Origin: Acidobacteriota bacterium | GTDB taxonomy: Bacteria > Acidobacteriota > UBA4820 > DSQY01 | Assembly: GCA_049967655.1 (NCBI GenBank) | Contig: JBMFSH010000005.1 | Span: 59,774 to 123,773 of the forward strand | Direction: 5' to 3' | Length of the DNA stretch: 64,000 nucleotides | Shown here: positions 1-9,963 of the stretch, in pieces | Layout: each line of letters starts with the position of its first letter | Position numbering within the stretch: the first letter of the stretch is position 1 | Notes under the pieces: generated by a model | What the model saw: only the letters and a program-made list of their open reading frames with translations | Databases searched by the model: none | What the model was told of the DNA's origin: nothing | Made by a program: the position numbers and the translations under genes

Positions 1-1029
1 CCAGAAGATGGCGAGCTGGAGGTGCCACGTGCGGAGGAGCGTCCACGGGAGGTATTTAGCGATGTTGATCCCGTAGAAGGCGAAGGGCTCGACGCGGTAG
101 TGGGCCAGCGCGCCCCCTACGAGGGTCTGCAGGAGGAAGAGGAGCGCTACGACCACGAAGTACTTTCCCGTGGCCCACTGGCTCGGCGTCAGGCTCAAGC
201 TTCCCTTGGCGGCGCCCGAGAGCTCGTCGGTTGTGCCGTCCCCCTTCCACCCGAGGTAGTTGAACTTGCCGAAGATGAAGAGGACAAGCCCGAGCCCCGC
301 CAGGAGCACCACGAGGCTCAGCGCGCTCCAGAGATAGGCTTCGGTGGGAGGGTGGTTGCCGACGAGGGGCTCGTAGGGCCAGTTGTTGGTATAGGAGTAG
401 TCCTTTCCGGGGCGGCGCGCGACCGTGGCCCAGGCGGCCCATGCGAAGTAGGAGCTGAGGTCTTGTAGGTCCTTCGGATTCTTGATGTAGTCGGCGGGAA
501 GCCCTGGCGCGTGGTCCTTCTGGGTGAAGTAGGCAGCCCACTCCTTCGCCTGCGTCTGGTAGGCGGCCACCTCGCCGGGCGTGAAGACCAGGGTCTTGGT
601 TGCGGCGTCGTAGCGGTTCTTTTGAAGGGAGGAGGCCGTCTCCGCCTTCACGGCATCGGCCTGGCCCGCCGTGAGCTGGTCCAGGGGCTTGCCGAAATGC
701 TCCTGAGCGACGGTCTGCTGGTCAATGAGAGCCAGTCGGTGAAGGTACTCGGCGCTGTAGTCGGGTCCCAGGTAGGCTCCGTGGCCCCAGAGGGTCCCGT
801 GCTCCATGAGACCGTACTTGAGGAACACGGCCTGGCCGCGCTCGATGTCGCGGCCGGTCATGACGGTCGCCCCGGAGCCATCCACGACCTTCTCGGGAAT
901 GGGCGGGGCGTACTTGTAGCTGAGCATGGTCACGATGGAGAGGATGGAGAATCCGGCGATCATCACGAGGATCGCCGTGTGCCTCCACCAGGGCGAAAGA
1001 GGTTTAACGTTCTCGGAAACCGATGCCAT
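1..1029 (-). CDS. norZ: Quinol-dependent nitric oxide reductase (qNOR), N-terminal part; truncated by window edge
   Basis: Not in ORF track. My translation from ATG 1029 (SD AAGGAGGAG): MASVSENVKPLSPWW...GQAVFLKYGLMEHGTLWGHGAYLGPDYSAEYLH...GALAHYRVE...RTWHLQLAIFW, which are typical qNOR motifs. Confidence 0.93.
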   Translation of the reverse strand, partial: MASVSENVKPLSPWWRHTAILVMIAGFSILSIVTMLSYKYAPPIPEKVVDGSGATVMTGRDIERGQAVFLKYGLMEHGTLWGHGAYLGPDYSAEYLHRLALIDQQTVAQEHFGKPLDQLTAGQADAVKAETASSLQKNRYDAATKTLVFTPGEVAAYQTQAKEWAAYFTQKDHAPGLPADYIKNPKDLQDLSSYFAWAAWATVARRPGKDYSYTNNWPYEPLVGNHPPTEAYLWSALSLVVLLAGLGLVLFIFGKFNYLGWKGDGTTDELSGAAKGSLSLTPSQWATGKYFVVVALLFLLQTLVGGALAHYRVEPFAFYGINIAKYLPWTLLRTWHLQLAIFW

Positions 1030-1109
1030 GGGCCTGCTCCTCCTTTGTATTCACCTTCACTTTACGCCCGTTACAGTATGCAAAGCCGAGCGGCGCCGCC
1101 CTTCCCTTC

Positions 1110-1721
1110 TCACATGTGCCCGGGGCAACCCACGCAGGCGGCACCTTCAGCCATACGGGAGGCATCGGGGGGATAGGCTTCAATGAGACGCTCGGCCAAT
1201 GCGTGGTAGCGCTCGTGGGTGCCTTCTCCCATTTCGTTCCGTTCGAAGAGCTCCATGGCGGCGGCGAGCTTGTCCATCTCCTCCGGCGGGATGGCCTGCT
1301 GGGCCATGGGGTAGAGGATGTTGTCCTCCTTCATGATGTGGGCGCGGATGAGCGGGACGTAAGCGGCCCCGTGTTCGATGACCGCCTGGCGCTCGTCCTC
1401 GGTCAGGGGGCCGTCGCCCGCGCCGATGGAGGCCAGCACGCCGATGTGGTCGCGTCCCTCGCGGTGTTCGGCGATCATCACGGCCACGGGGCCGAACTCT
1501 TTGGGGAAGCCGAACTGGTTCATGAGGACGAAGAGGCGATCCTCCTCCTTGCCGTGGTGGCACTTGTCCGTGAAGGTGCGGAAGAAATCGGCGTAATCCC
1601 GCACGGTCTGGCGATCGGCCTCGGCCTGGCGGTCCAGATTGGCCACGAAGGTATCGAGCGAACCGGCCACCTGCTCAATGAGGCGGTGCTCGTGCATGAG
1701 GGTCTCAAGCGCTTCGACCAT
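1110..1721 (-). CDS. Hemerythrin/HHE cation-binding domain protein
   Basis: EH, HHGKEE, EH and HIMKEDNILYP motifs; start MVEALE preceded by AAGGAGGT; C-terminal CVGCPGH tail. Confidence 0.9.
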   Translation of the reverse strand: MVEALETLMHEHRLIEQVAGSLDTFVANLDRQAEADRQTVRDYADFFRTFTDKCHHGKEEDRLFVLMNQFGFPKEFGPVAVMIAEHREGRDHIGVLASIGAGDGPLTEDERQAVIEHGAAYVPLIRAHIMKEDNILYPMAQQAIPPEEMDKLAAAMELFERNEMGEGTHERYHALAERLIEAYPPDASRMAEGAACVGCPGHM

Positions 1722-1773
1722 AGGATTTACCTCCTTAGAAGGGGTGCGACGGGGAGCGTCGGCCGGGGCATAG

Positions 1774-2187
1774 TCACTCCGCCAGGGGCTGATGCCCCGA
1801 ACGGAGATCGGCGACGGTGGTTTTCTCCAGCAGGGTGTCGTATTCACTCTGCACGCGAGTCCAGCGGGAATGCAGCGGACAGGGGTGGGCCTCGTCGCAG
1901 GCCCGGAGGCCGAAGACACACTGCCTGGGCAGGGACGAGCCCTCGAAGAGCTCCAGGACGCGCCCGATGGGCTGCGCCAGGGCCTGCTCCCTCAGCAAGA
2001 AGCCCCCGCCCCAGCCCTTCTGGCTTTCGACGAAGCCTCGCTTGCGGAGCTGGTTCAAGATCTTGGACAGGTAGTTGGCGGGAATCCGCGTGGCCTCGGC
2101 GATCTGGCCACCCTGGACCCATTGCCCTGGGCGGTCGGCGAGGAAGCCGAGAGTCATGAGCGCGTATTTCGTGGTCTGAGAGATCAT
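1774..2187 (-). CDS. Rrf2 family (NsrR/IscR-like) Fe-S transcriptional regulator
   Basis: wHTH segment IAEATRIPANYLSKILNQL, SQKGWGGGF, and Cys cluster CVFGLRACDEAHPCPLH; first gene of the NO operon. Confidence 0.92.
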   Translation of the reverse strand: MISQTTKYALMTLGFLADRPGQWVQGGQIAEATRIPANYLSKILNQLRKRGFVESQKGWGGGFLLREQALAQPIGRVLELFEGSSLPRQCVFGLRACDEAHPCPLHSRWTRVQSEYDTLLEKTTVADLRSGHQPLAE

Positions 2188-2206
2188 CTCATCACCTCAA
2201 GACATG

Positions 2207-2235
2207 AATATATCCATAGAAATCGAAAAAGTCAA
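2207..2235 (-). promoter_or_regulatory. sigma70-type promoter of the rrf2-hemerythrin-qNOR operon
   Basis: TTGACT-17 bp-TATATT on the minus strand, 20 bp upstream of the rrf2 ATG. Confidence 0.7.
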
Positions 2236-2408
2236 GCCCCTCCTCCATCGTCTTTTTCCCTGTTATCTCTCCATGAGAAAAGGCGGATTCACAAAGTAAG
2301 GTCAACAGGATACGGAGCCTGGTTCGTTCACGGGGGGCGCCGGGGAATCTGCCGTGGGCCGTAATCGCGTGCAGTGGTGGACAACGATCCTGTTGCCCGC
2401 GGCCCGGC

Positions 2409-4037
2409 TCACCAAGGCTTCATGCCGGGGCTACTCTCGGTATGCGGCTTGAGCTGGTCCTGAAGAGCCTTCGGCGGCGGCATGTGGAGCTGTTCGAGGA
2501 CGTCCGGCGGCTTGGGTGGCGGCGGTTGTCTCGGCGGGTTCTTCTCTGGAGGGGGAGGCGGTTCGGGTGGCAGGGAGCGCAAGATCCATTCGTACAGCAG
2601 CTCCGCCTGGCGGTCCTGCGGGTCCATGACGAGGCGCGTCTTCAGTGCCCCCAAAGCCTTGTCCCTGTCGCCCTCCTGGACGAAGGCCTCGGCGAGGTTG
2701 TACAGGGCCACCCCCTTTACCTCCGGATCGGGGCCCGCCAGGGCGAGCATGAATTCCTCCCTGGCCGCCTGGGGCTTTTTCAGCGCCAGGAGGCAGGTGC
2801 CCCGATCGTAGTGAAGTAGGGCGCGGAGATCGGGCGTGTGCGCCTCCTGCTGAGCGCGTTCGTACAGCCCCTCGGCCAGCTCCACCTGGCCTGAGTGGTA
2901 GGCATCGAAAGCCTGTTTCGCCAGGTGGGACGCGGACTGGCCGCGCGCGGGAGAAGGCGTTAGCACCGCTGCGGCGGTGATGAGGAGAGCCATGACCATG
3001 GCGCCAACGGCGTTGGCGTCGTCGCTGGGTGGTCTGGATCGACCCCGCGGCATCCTCCGCCCGGGAATCAGCATCGCGAGTAGGAGCAGAAAGAGGGCGG
3101 GCCCGAGGAACCAAGCGTACTGGTCTTGCCGCATGGCCCGGGACTGGGAGGCGTACTCCTTACGCTTGAGATGGCCCAGCTCCTCCATGATGGCGGGCAC
3201 GGCGCTGCCCGCGCCGCTCAAGGACCAGTAGCGGCCGTCTGTTAGGGCGGCCACCTGGCGGAGGACCTCCTCGTGAAGCGAGGAGTGCGCCGGTCCGCCG
3301 GTGGAGGGGTCGATCACCGGCTTTCCGCCAGGACCCGGGACCGTGCCGCCCGCCGTGGTTCCCACGCCCACGCAGAAGATCTTCACCCCCCTGGCCGCCG
3401 CCTTGCGCGCCGCCGCGGCCGTGTTCTGCGCCTGGTCTTCGCCGTCGGAGAGGATCAGGATCACCTGATCGCGGTCCCTCTGCTCGGGAAGCAGCTTGAG
3501 GGCCTTCAGAATGGCGCGGCCGATGTCCGTCCCCTGTACGGGGATGAGATCGGAGTCGGCCACGTCCAGGAGCATGTTGATGGCCCCGCTGTCTTCGGTG
3601 AGCGGAGAGAGGATGACCGGAACCCCGCTGAAGGCGACGAGCCCGAAGCGGTCGTCGCGGTCGCTGGCCAGAAGGCTCCTGATCTCAAGCCGGGCGCGCT
3701 CCAACCGAGAGGGCGGGGTGTCGTTCACGTCCATGCTTCGGCTGGTGTCCAGGCATACCACCACGTCCAGCCCGACTTTCTCTACCGTCTCGGCCACCTC
3801 GCCCCACTGCGGACGGGCGAATCCCACTAGCGCGAGGGCGAAGGCGAGCCAGACGCACGCGGCCGCCACGAGGTCCCATTCTCGCGCCGGGGGCCTGGCC
3901 AGCTCCCGCAGGCGCTCCTGTCCGCCCCAGCGCAGAAGCGCCCTCGATCTGCGGAAGCGCCCCACCAAGGCCAGCGCCAGGAGCACGGGGAAAAGCCAGA
4001 GAAGCCAGATGCCGGCGGGGTTGGCGAAGAGGGTCAC
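2409..4037 (-). CDS. BatB-like VWA domain protein fused to TPR region and Pro-rich tail
   Basis: MIDAS DTSRS, LSDGED, TM segments, C-terminal TPR-like helices (LHYDRG, LYNLA). Confidence 0.85.
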   Translation of the reverse strand: MTLFANPAGIWLLWLFPVLLALALVGRFRRSRALLRWGGQERLRELARPPAREWDLVAAACVWLAFALALVGFARPQWGEVAETVEKVGLDVVVCLDTSRSMDVNDTPPSRLERARLEIRSLLASDRDDRFGLVAFSGVPVILSPLTEDSGAINMLLDVADSDLIPVQGTDIGRAILKALKLLPEQRDRDQVILILSDGEDQAQNTAAAARKAAARGVKIFCVGVGTTAGGTVPGPGGKPVIDPSTGGPAHSSLHEEVLRQVAALTDGRYWSLSGAGSAVPAIMEELGHLKRKEYASQSRAMRQDQYAWFLGPALFLLLLAMLIPGRRMPRGRSRPPSDDANAVGAMVMALLITAAAVLTPSPARGQSASHLAKQAFDAYHSGQVELAEGLYERAQQEAHTPDLRALLHYDRGTCLLALKKPQAAREEFMLALAGPDPEVKGVALYNLAEAFVQEGDRDKALGALKTRLVMDPQDRQAELLYEWILRSLPPEPPPPPEKNPPRQPPPPKPPDVLEQLHMPPPKALQDQLKPHTESSPGMKPW

Positions 4038-5035
4038 GGCACCATCCTCCCGGGGCCGCCCTGCCAGAGGACCAGGGCGGCGAGGCAGAAGAGGGCGACG
4101 GCTAGCGGATAGAGGAACAGGTCGCGGTAGCGGACGTAGCCCGAGGTGGTGATCTTGCTCCGCTCCAGCCGGTCGATGGCTTGGAAGATTTTGGAGAGGG
4201 TTCCGGTATCAGAGGCGCTGAAGTAGACCCCGTCCGTGATGTGGGCGATCTCCCTCAGGGTCTCCTCGTTGAAGCCGATGTGGACGTACTGGTAGGTCTT
4301 GCGGCCGTTCTCGTCGGCGATGGGGTAGGGCACGACCCCCTTGCTGCCGATCCCCACCGCGTCCACGCGGATCTTGTGGTCCTTGAGCAGCCGCGCGGCC
4401 TGCAAAGGATCGAACTGCCCCCGGTTGTTCTCCCCGTCGGTGAGAAGGATGATCACCTTGCTCTTCTCCGGGGCCGAGAGGAGCCGCTTGCCCGCCGCCA
4501 CCAGGGCGTCGCCGATGGCGGTCCCGTCCAGATCGGGGCGGTTCACCGCGTTCACCTCCTGAACGATGGAGAGCAGGGTGCGGTGGTCGAGCGTCAGGGG
4601 GCAGCGGAGAAAGGGCACCGCGGCGAAGGTGATCAGGCCCATGCGGTCATTGGGGCGCTTGCGGACGAAATCGGAGAGGACGGCCTTGGCGACGTCGATG
4701 CGGTTGTTGGGCTGGAAGTCCTCGGCGATCATGCTTCCCGAGACGTCCAGGCAGACCATGATGGCCACGCCCTCCGTGGTGACCTGGGTCCGGGCCGTCC
4801 TGATGGCCGGCCTCGCCAGAGCGAGGGCCGCCGCGGCGAAGGCCGCCGTCATGAGGCCCGCGGAGATCCAAGGCAGAAAGCGGTTGCGTCCGCCGAGGGC
4901 CTCGAGCAGCGTGGCCGGCGGGTAGGGAACGGCCCGCCGGGCCCTGTGAAAGAGCCAGGCCCTGTAAGCCAGGTGGACCGGAACCGCGAGCAGGAGCCAG
5001 AGCCAGGCCGGGTGGCGGAACACGAACTCGCTCAT
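4034..5035 (-). CDS. BatA-like VWA domain protein
   Basis: N-terminal FRHPAWLWLL, DVSGSM MIDAS, GTAIGD, LTDGENN; start re-called at MSEFVF (ATGA overlap with upstream gene). Confidence 0.88.
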   Translation of the reverse strand: MSEFVFRHPAWLWLLLAVPVHLAYRAWLFHRARRAVPYPPATLLEALGGRNRFLPWISAGLMTAAFAAAALALARPAIRTARTQVTTEGVAIMVCLDVSGSMIAEDFQPNNRIDVAKAVLSDFVRKRPNDRMGLITFAAVPFLRCPLTLDHRTLLSIVQEVNAVNRPDLDGTAIGDALVAAGKRLLSAPEKSKVIILLTDGENNRGQFDPLQAARLLKDHKIRVDAVGIGSKGVVPYPIADENGRKTYQYVHIGFNEETLREIAHITDGVYFSASDTGTLSKIFQAIDRLERSKITTSGYVRYRDLFLYPLAVALFCLAALVLWQGGPGRMVP

Positions 5036-5979
5036 GATGCCTTCTCCAGCGGACGGGGAGGGGCCACGGCCGCCAGAAGCCGGTGGATGCGGTTCCAGGC
5101 CTGGGCCTCCTCCTCCTCCTCGGGCCGATAGCGGGCGAAGCAGGCGCGGTCGCTGAAGACCAGGACCCACAGGAGGTCCTCAGCGGCGGCGCCCTGGAGC
5201 TGCTCAGCCCGAGTGCAGTTCGCACGGACCTCGGAGGTGGTCCACTCCAAGAAGGGAAGGCCGAACCGCAGCTCCAGATACTCTCGCAGCAGCTGGGACA
5301 CCTGCGCGTAGCGCGCGTCGGGCGGGAGGGCGCCGGCCCGGAGGCGCTCCATCTCCTGGCGGATCCAGCGCTCCGGGTCGGTCTCCCTCAAGGAGGGCTT
5401 CTGGGCGGGGCGCTTCGGCCTTTGGCGCAGGTGCCGCCTCCACAGAAGAACGCCAGCGAAGGCGAGGGCCGAAGCGAGCAGGGCCAGTGCACCCCAGCCC
5501 CACGGAAAGGGGAGCGGTACGGGCAGGAGCGGCTCGGGAGGAGGCTGGGGTTGGCGGCCCGGAGGCAGAAGGGGCATGATCGAAATGGGCGGCGGAGTCA
5601 CGGTGTAGACCAGGACCGATCCGGGCAGGTGGACCGCCACGCGGGCGGGAGGGAGCGACACCACGCCGGTGGCGAAGAGTTGGGCCGTCAGATCGAGCCT
5701 CAGGACCCCGGGAAAGGTCTCGGGGGGATGCTGGCGGATGGTGGCGATGCGTGCTGCTCCCCAGTCCGCTCCCTCGGTGAGGTCTCCCTCCAGGTAGAAG
5801 GAGGCCGCGGGGATGGGGATGTCGATCTCAAGCGGGATGAGGTTCCCGAGGTGGTAGACGCCGGGGGTCCACTGGGACGGGACGGCCTGGGGCGGAGGCT
5901 CCGCCGCCGCGTGGATTGCGCCGGATGTGGGAAGCAAGACGATCGCCGCGGCCAGGGCGTACGCTGCGAACCGTTTCAT
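5032..5979 (-). CDS. Membrane protein of the MoxR/Bat cluster (signal peptide, single TM, helical C-terminus)
   Basis: Start MKRFAAY overlaps DUF58 stop; LREYLE..FG...LEWTT.E motif typical of Bat-cluster proteins. Confidence 0.7.
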   Translation of the reverse strand: MKRFAAYALAAAIVLLPTSGAIHAAAEPPPQAVPSQWTPGVYHLGNLIPLEIDIPIPAASFYLEGDLTEGADWGAARIATIRQHPPETFPGVLRLDLTAQLFATGVVSLPPARVAVHLPGSVLVYTVTPPPISIMPLLPPGRQPQPPPEPLLPVPLPFPWGWGALALLASALAFAGVLLWRRHLRQRPKRPAQKPSLRETDPERWIRQEMERLRAGALPPDARYAQVSQLLREYLELRFGLPFLEWTTSEVRANCTRAEQLQGAAAEDLLWVLVFSDRACFARYRPEEEEEAQAWNRIHRLLAAVAPPRPLEKAS

Positions 5980-6857
5980 GCCGCCCGCCCGCGGAGGCGG
6001 CTCCGAAGGAAGCGCACCAGGGGCGCGGCCACGTCGCCCGAGGTGCTCAGGACGAGGGTGTCCACGCTGGCGCGGCGGAGGCTCTGCAAAAGCACCTGCT
6101 TCTGGCGGAGGCGGGTCTCCCGGAAGCGGCGCCTGAGCGGCGCCGATCCCGTCCAGGCCCAGCCGTAGCGGCCCGTCTCCGGGTCCTCCCACTCGGTCCA
6201 CCCGCCGGAGGGGAGTTCGAGCTCGGCCGGGTCTTCGACGTAGACCGCGCTGAGGTCGTGCCGGCGGGCCAAAACCGGCAGGCCCCGCCCGAGCGGCGCC
6301 TGGAAGTCGGAGCAGAGGAAAACCGTGGCCCTCCGCGGCACGAGCCGGCTGATGGTGGCGAAGCAGGCCGGAAAGTCCGTGCCCCGGCCTCTGGGTTCGA
6401 AGTAGAGGATCTCCCGCACTAGGCGGAGTACGTGCTCGACGCCCTTCCGCGGAGGAATGAACAGCTCCGTCCGGTCTGAAAACAGGAGGAGCCCCACGCG
6501 GTCCTGGCTCCTGATGGCGGAAAAGGCCAGGAGGGCCGCGAGCTCGGCGAGGGACTCGCTCTTGAGGCGCGAGGCGGTCCCGAAGCGAAGGGAGCCGCTC
6601 ACGTCCACCGCCAGCAGGAGAGTGCGTTCCCTCTCTTCGTGAAACTGTTTGATGTGCATGCTCCCCGTGCGCGCCGTCACGTTCCAGTCGATGGAACGGT
6701 AATCGTCGTCGGGCTGGTAGGGGCGGACGTCGCTGAATTCCATCCCCTGGCCCTTGAAGGTGGAGTGGTACTCGCCCGCCAGAACCTCGTTGACCGCCTT
6801 GCGGGTCTTGATTTCGATCTGCCTGACTTTCTTGCGGATCTCTTGGATGTCCAGCAT
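5976..6857 (-). CDS. DUF58 domain protein
   Basis: GEYHSTFKGQGMEFSDVRPYQ, IDWNVTAR, DVSGS; adjacent to moxR. Confidence 0.92.
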   Translation of the reverse strand: MLDIQEIRKKVRQIEIKTRKAVNEVLAGEYHSTFKGQGMEFSDVRPYQPDDDYRSIDWNVTARTGSMHIKQFHEERERTLLLAVDVSGSLRFGTASRLKSESLAELAALLAFSAIRSQDRVGLLLFSDRTELFIPPRKGVEHVLRLVREILYFEPRGRGTDFPACFATISRLVPRRATVFLCSDFQAPLGRGLPVLARRHDLSAVYVEDPAELELPSGGWTEWEDPETGRYGWAWTGSAPLRRRFRETRLRQKQVLLQSLRRASVDTLVLSTSGDVAAPLVRFLRSRLRGRAA

Positions 6858-6876
6858 GGGCGCTTGGAGAGGAGCC

Positions 6877-7863
6877 CTAAGGCACTTCCACGCTCTCGAA
6901 AATCCGGGATAGGAGGTTTTCCGGTGTAATGGATTCGGCCTCGGCCTCGTAGGTGAGGATGAGGCGGTGCCTCAGCACGTCCATGCCCACGGCCTTCACG
7001 TCCTCGGGCGTGACGTAGGCGCGGCCCCTCAAGAAGGCGTGGGCCTTGGCGGCCAGTGTCAGGAAGAGCGTCGCCCTGGGGGAGGCCCCGTAGCGGATGT
7101 AGCCCTCCGCCGACAGCTTGAAGCGGCTCGGGGTGCGCGTGGCCTGAACGAGGCGCACCACGTAGTCCTTGATCCTGCCGTCCACGTAAAGCCCGTCCAC
7201 GACCACCCGGGCCCGCAGGATGTCCTCGGGAGCCACCACGGCGGTGACGACGGGGATACGCCCGGTGCTCATGCGGTCCACCATCTGCCGCTCTTCCTCC
7301 GCGCTCGGGTAGGTCAGGACCACCTTCATGAGGAAGCGGTCCACCTGGGCCTCGGGGAGGGGATAGGTGCCCTCCTGCTCAATGGGGTTTTCGGTGGCCA
7401 TCACGAAGAAGGGATCGGGAAGGGGAAAGGTCTTGCTTCCCAGCGTCACCTGGCATTCCTGCATGGCCTCCAGAAGGGCCGACTGCACCTTCGCCGGCGC
7501 CCGGTTGATCTCGTCGGCCAGCAGAAACTGGGTGAAAATGGGCCCCTTTTTCGGATCGAAGGTGGCCTCCTTGGGGTTGTAGACGAGCGTTCCGATCAGG
7601 TCGGCGGGCAGGAGATCGGGCGTGAACTGGATCCGCTGGAAGGAGGCGCTCACGGCGCCCGCCATGGACTTGGCGGCCAGCGTCTTGGCCAGCCCCGGAA
7701 CACCCTCCACAAGGACGTGACCGCGGGCCAGCAGACAGATGATGAGCCTCTCCAAGAGGGCATTCTGGCCTACGATGACCCTGCGCACCTCCTCGATGAG
7801 ACGGGTCGTGGTGGCGGCTTCCGCGTCCACCCTCCGCTGGAGTTCTCGCAACTGTGCGTCCAT
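6877..7863 (-). CDS. moxR: MoxR family AAA+ ATPase
   Basis: Walker A GVPGLAKT, RIQFTPDLLPAD, DEINRAPAKVQSALLEAMQE, YPLPEAQVDRF. Confidence 0.95.
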   Translation of the reverse strand: MDAQLRELQRRVDAEAATTTRLIEEVRRVIVGQNALLERLIICLLARGHVLVEGVPGLAKTLAAKSMAGAVSASFQRIQFTPDLLPADLIGTLVYNPKEATFDPKKGPIFTQFLLADEINRAPAKVQSALLEAMQECQVTLGSKTFPLPDPFFVMATENPIEQEGTYPLPEAQVDRFLMKVVLTYPSAEEERQMVDRMSTGRIPVVTAVVAPEDILRARVVVDGLYVDGRIKDYVVRLVQATRTPSRFKLSAEGYIRYGASPRATLFLTLAAKAHAFLRGRAYVTPEDVKAVGMDVLRHRLILTYEAEAESITPENLLSRIFESVEVP

Positions 7864-7997
7864 GCAGGCCTCCCGGGAGCGATTGTACCGGCGGCACGGG
7901 GACGGAATCAAGGAGCGTTGCCCCGGGAGGCGCCGCGGACGATTGGCGCCGCGAGGCCGGAGCGGGTAACATGGCGGCGGAGGAGGGGATGGCCATT

Positions 7998-8756
7998 ATG
8001 GAACCGGCGCCGAAGGAACAGGCTGAGACCGCGGGTTCCCCCAAGGAGTTGCGGTACCATCTCCCCGTCTTCGAGGGCCCCCTGGACCTCCTGCTCTACC
8101 TCATCCAGAAGAGCGAGATCGAGATCACCGACATCCCCATCGTGCAGATTACCGAGCAGTACAGCGCCTACCTGGAACAGATGCGGGACCTGGATCTCGA
8201 CGTGGCGGCCGACTTCATCCTGATGGCGGCCACGCTGATCCACATCAAGAGCCGCATGATCCTTCCGCGCCCGCAGGAGGGGGAGGGGGGAGAGCCCCTC
8301 GACGACCCGCGGCAGCCGCTTGTGGAGCAACTGCTGGAGTACAAGCGGTTCAAGGAGATCGCCCGGCTGCTGGAGGAAAAGCTGGCGCTCTCATCGGCCC
8401 AGTTCTCCCGCGAGGCCGACGCTCTAGCGGCCGAACTGGACCCCGAGCGCAGCTCGCTGGACGTGGACCTCTACGATCTCCTGGAGGCGCTTCAGCGGGT
8501 CGTCAAGCGCGCGGCGGACCGGAAGGAACGGCTGGTCTACGCGCCCGAGGTGAGCCTGACCGCCAGGATCAACGCGGTCCTCGAACTGCTGGAGGGGCAT
8601 GGCTCCCTGCTGTTCACGGAGCTGTTCGAAGAGGGATGCACCCGCCTGCACGTGGTGGTGACCTTTCTCGCCCTGCTGGAGCTCGTCAAGCAGCGGGTGG
8701 TTCGGATCTTCCAAGAGGTGCCCCTGGGGCCCTTCCGCGTCGTCCTCGTGACCTAG
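7998..8756 (+). CDS. scpA: Segregation and condensation protein A
   Basis: FEGPLDLLLYLI, AATLIHIKSRMILP, VTFLALLELVK; SD AGGAGG upstream. Confidence 0.93.
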   Translation: MEPAPKEQAETAGSPKELRYHLPVFEGPLDLLLYLIQKSEIEITDIPIVQITEQYSAYLEQMRDLDLDVAADFILMAATLIHIKSRMILPRPQEGEGGEPLDDPRQPLVEQLLEYKRFKEIARLLEEKLALSSAQFSREADALAAELDPERSSLDVDLYDLLEALQRVVKRAADRKERLVYAPEVSLTARINAVLELLEGHGSLLFTELFEEGCTRLHVVVTFLALLELVKQRVVRIFQEVPLGPFRVVLVT

Positions 8757-8847
8757 GACCAGTGGGGGGTGGAGGGTGGAGAGGCAGGCAAAAGGGCCGC
8801 CGGACGGCTCTGTCCACGCCGCCTTCCGCCTCCTCACCTTCTACTTT

Positions 8848-9963
8848 TCACTTCCCCCTCTCCTGCCCGCGACGCGCCGGCAGGCAGAGACTGAGGCGGA
8901 CCGCGCCTCCCTCCAGCTCCTCTCCGCGGATCTCGGCGCCCAGCTTTTGAGCGGCCATTTTGGCCGCGGGCAGTCCAAGGTGAAAGGAGGGGGATTGGAG
9001 GCCGGGCATCCGGCTGGGCTCGGGCACGAACCGCTCCAGGTAGCGGACCAGGGGTGGGGCATCCCGCCTTCGTTCGGGGACGGTCAGGCTCCAGGCGGCC
9101 GCCTCCCCTTCTGCCCCACAACCGACGGTGATGACGGCCGAAGGGGCGGCCATATCCAGCGCGTTGAGCGCGAGACTCTCCAACAAGTACGCAGCGAGGG
9201 GCTCGCTGGACACGACGTGGTGAGGGGGTGGGTCGGTGAGGGCCGTGAAGCGATGGCGAGACACGAGGCCCGACTCCTCCCACCTTGCCAGGAGGCGGTC
9301 CCAGGCGTAGGCCAGCACGACCTCGCGGCCTCTTTCCTGCTCCTGCGCGCGGAGCAGGCGGCAGAGGTCCAAAAAGGCCTCCACCATGGCCGAAAGGGTG
9401 GCGATGTTCCTCTGCACGGTGCGGACGGGCTTCTCCATCTCGGCAGATAACGGGCCGTAGCGGCCCCTCAGCATTAGTTCGACGTACCCCTGGATGACCA
9501 CGGGCGGGGTCACGAGTTCGTGGAAGAGCAGGGCCAACGGATCACTCTGGTCCGATGGCGGGTGCTCCGGCGCGTGGGGAGAGAAATCGCCCGCAGGGTT
9601 CTCCAACGAGTCGGCGGCCTCGACGGGGAGAACCAGCACAGCGTAGGCGGCCTCCCCGCCCAGCTCCTTGGGGAGGGGACGAATATCGATGATCAGTGAC
9701 TGGGAGGAGCCGCCGGAGCGAGGAACGGCGATGCGGTGCGTGGAGGGCCGGCCGCGCATCGCTGGTAGGCGGGACTGAACGGCCCTCGATAGAGGTTCAA
9801 GGAGGCTCCGCCAGGGCGGCAAAGCCTCCGAGGAGAGGCCAGGCAGGGACGAAAACGAGCTGTTGTAGGAAAACACGCGCCCACCGCCATCCGCAAGGCA
9901 GCAGGCTACCCCGATTTTGTCCAGCGCGACGAACAGAGCCAACCCACTCGGGGGTATACCCAT
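8848..9963 (-). CDS. PAS-like + HisKA protein with degenerate HATPase domain
   Basis: H-box FHELVTPPVVIQGYVELML; N-box-like ALNA; no DxGxG G1 box; start uncertain. Confidence 0.7.
   Translation of the reverse strand: MGIPPSGLALFVALDKIGVACCLADGGGRVFSYNSSFSSLPGLSSEALPPWRSLLEPLSRAVQSRLPAMRGRPSTHRIAVPRSGGSSQSLIIDIRPLPKELGGEAAYAVLVLPVEAADSLENPAGDFSPHAPEHPPSDQSDPLALLFHELVTPPVVIQGYVELMLRGRYGPLSAEMEKPVRTVQRNIATLSAMVEAFLDLCRLLRAQEQERGREVVLAYAWDRLLARWEESGLVSRHRFTALTDPPPHHVVSSEPLAAYLLESLALNALDMAAPSAVITVGCGAEGEAAAWSLTVPERRRDAPPLVRYLERFVPEPSRMPGLQSPSFHLGLPAAKMAAQKLGAEIRGEELEGGAVRLSLCLPARRGQERGK

Noticed and set aside
1..1029. NO dismutase (Nod) instead of qNOR
   Set aside because: The quinol-site HxxxE (HYRVE) typical of canonical qNOR is retained; the catalytic half lies outside the window
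7998..8756. scpA without adjacent scpB/smc as an anomaly
   Set aside because: These genes are often unlinked; cannot be judged from one window
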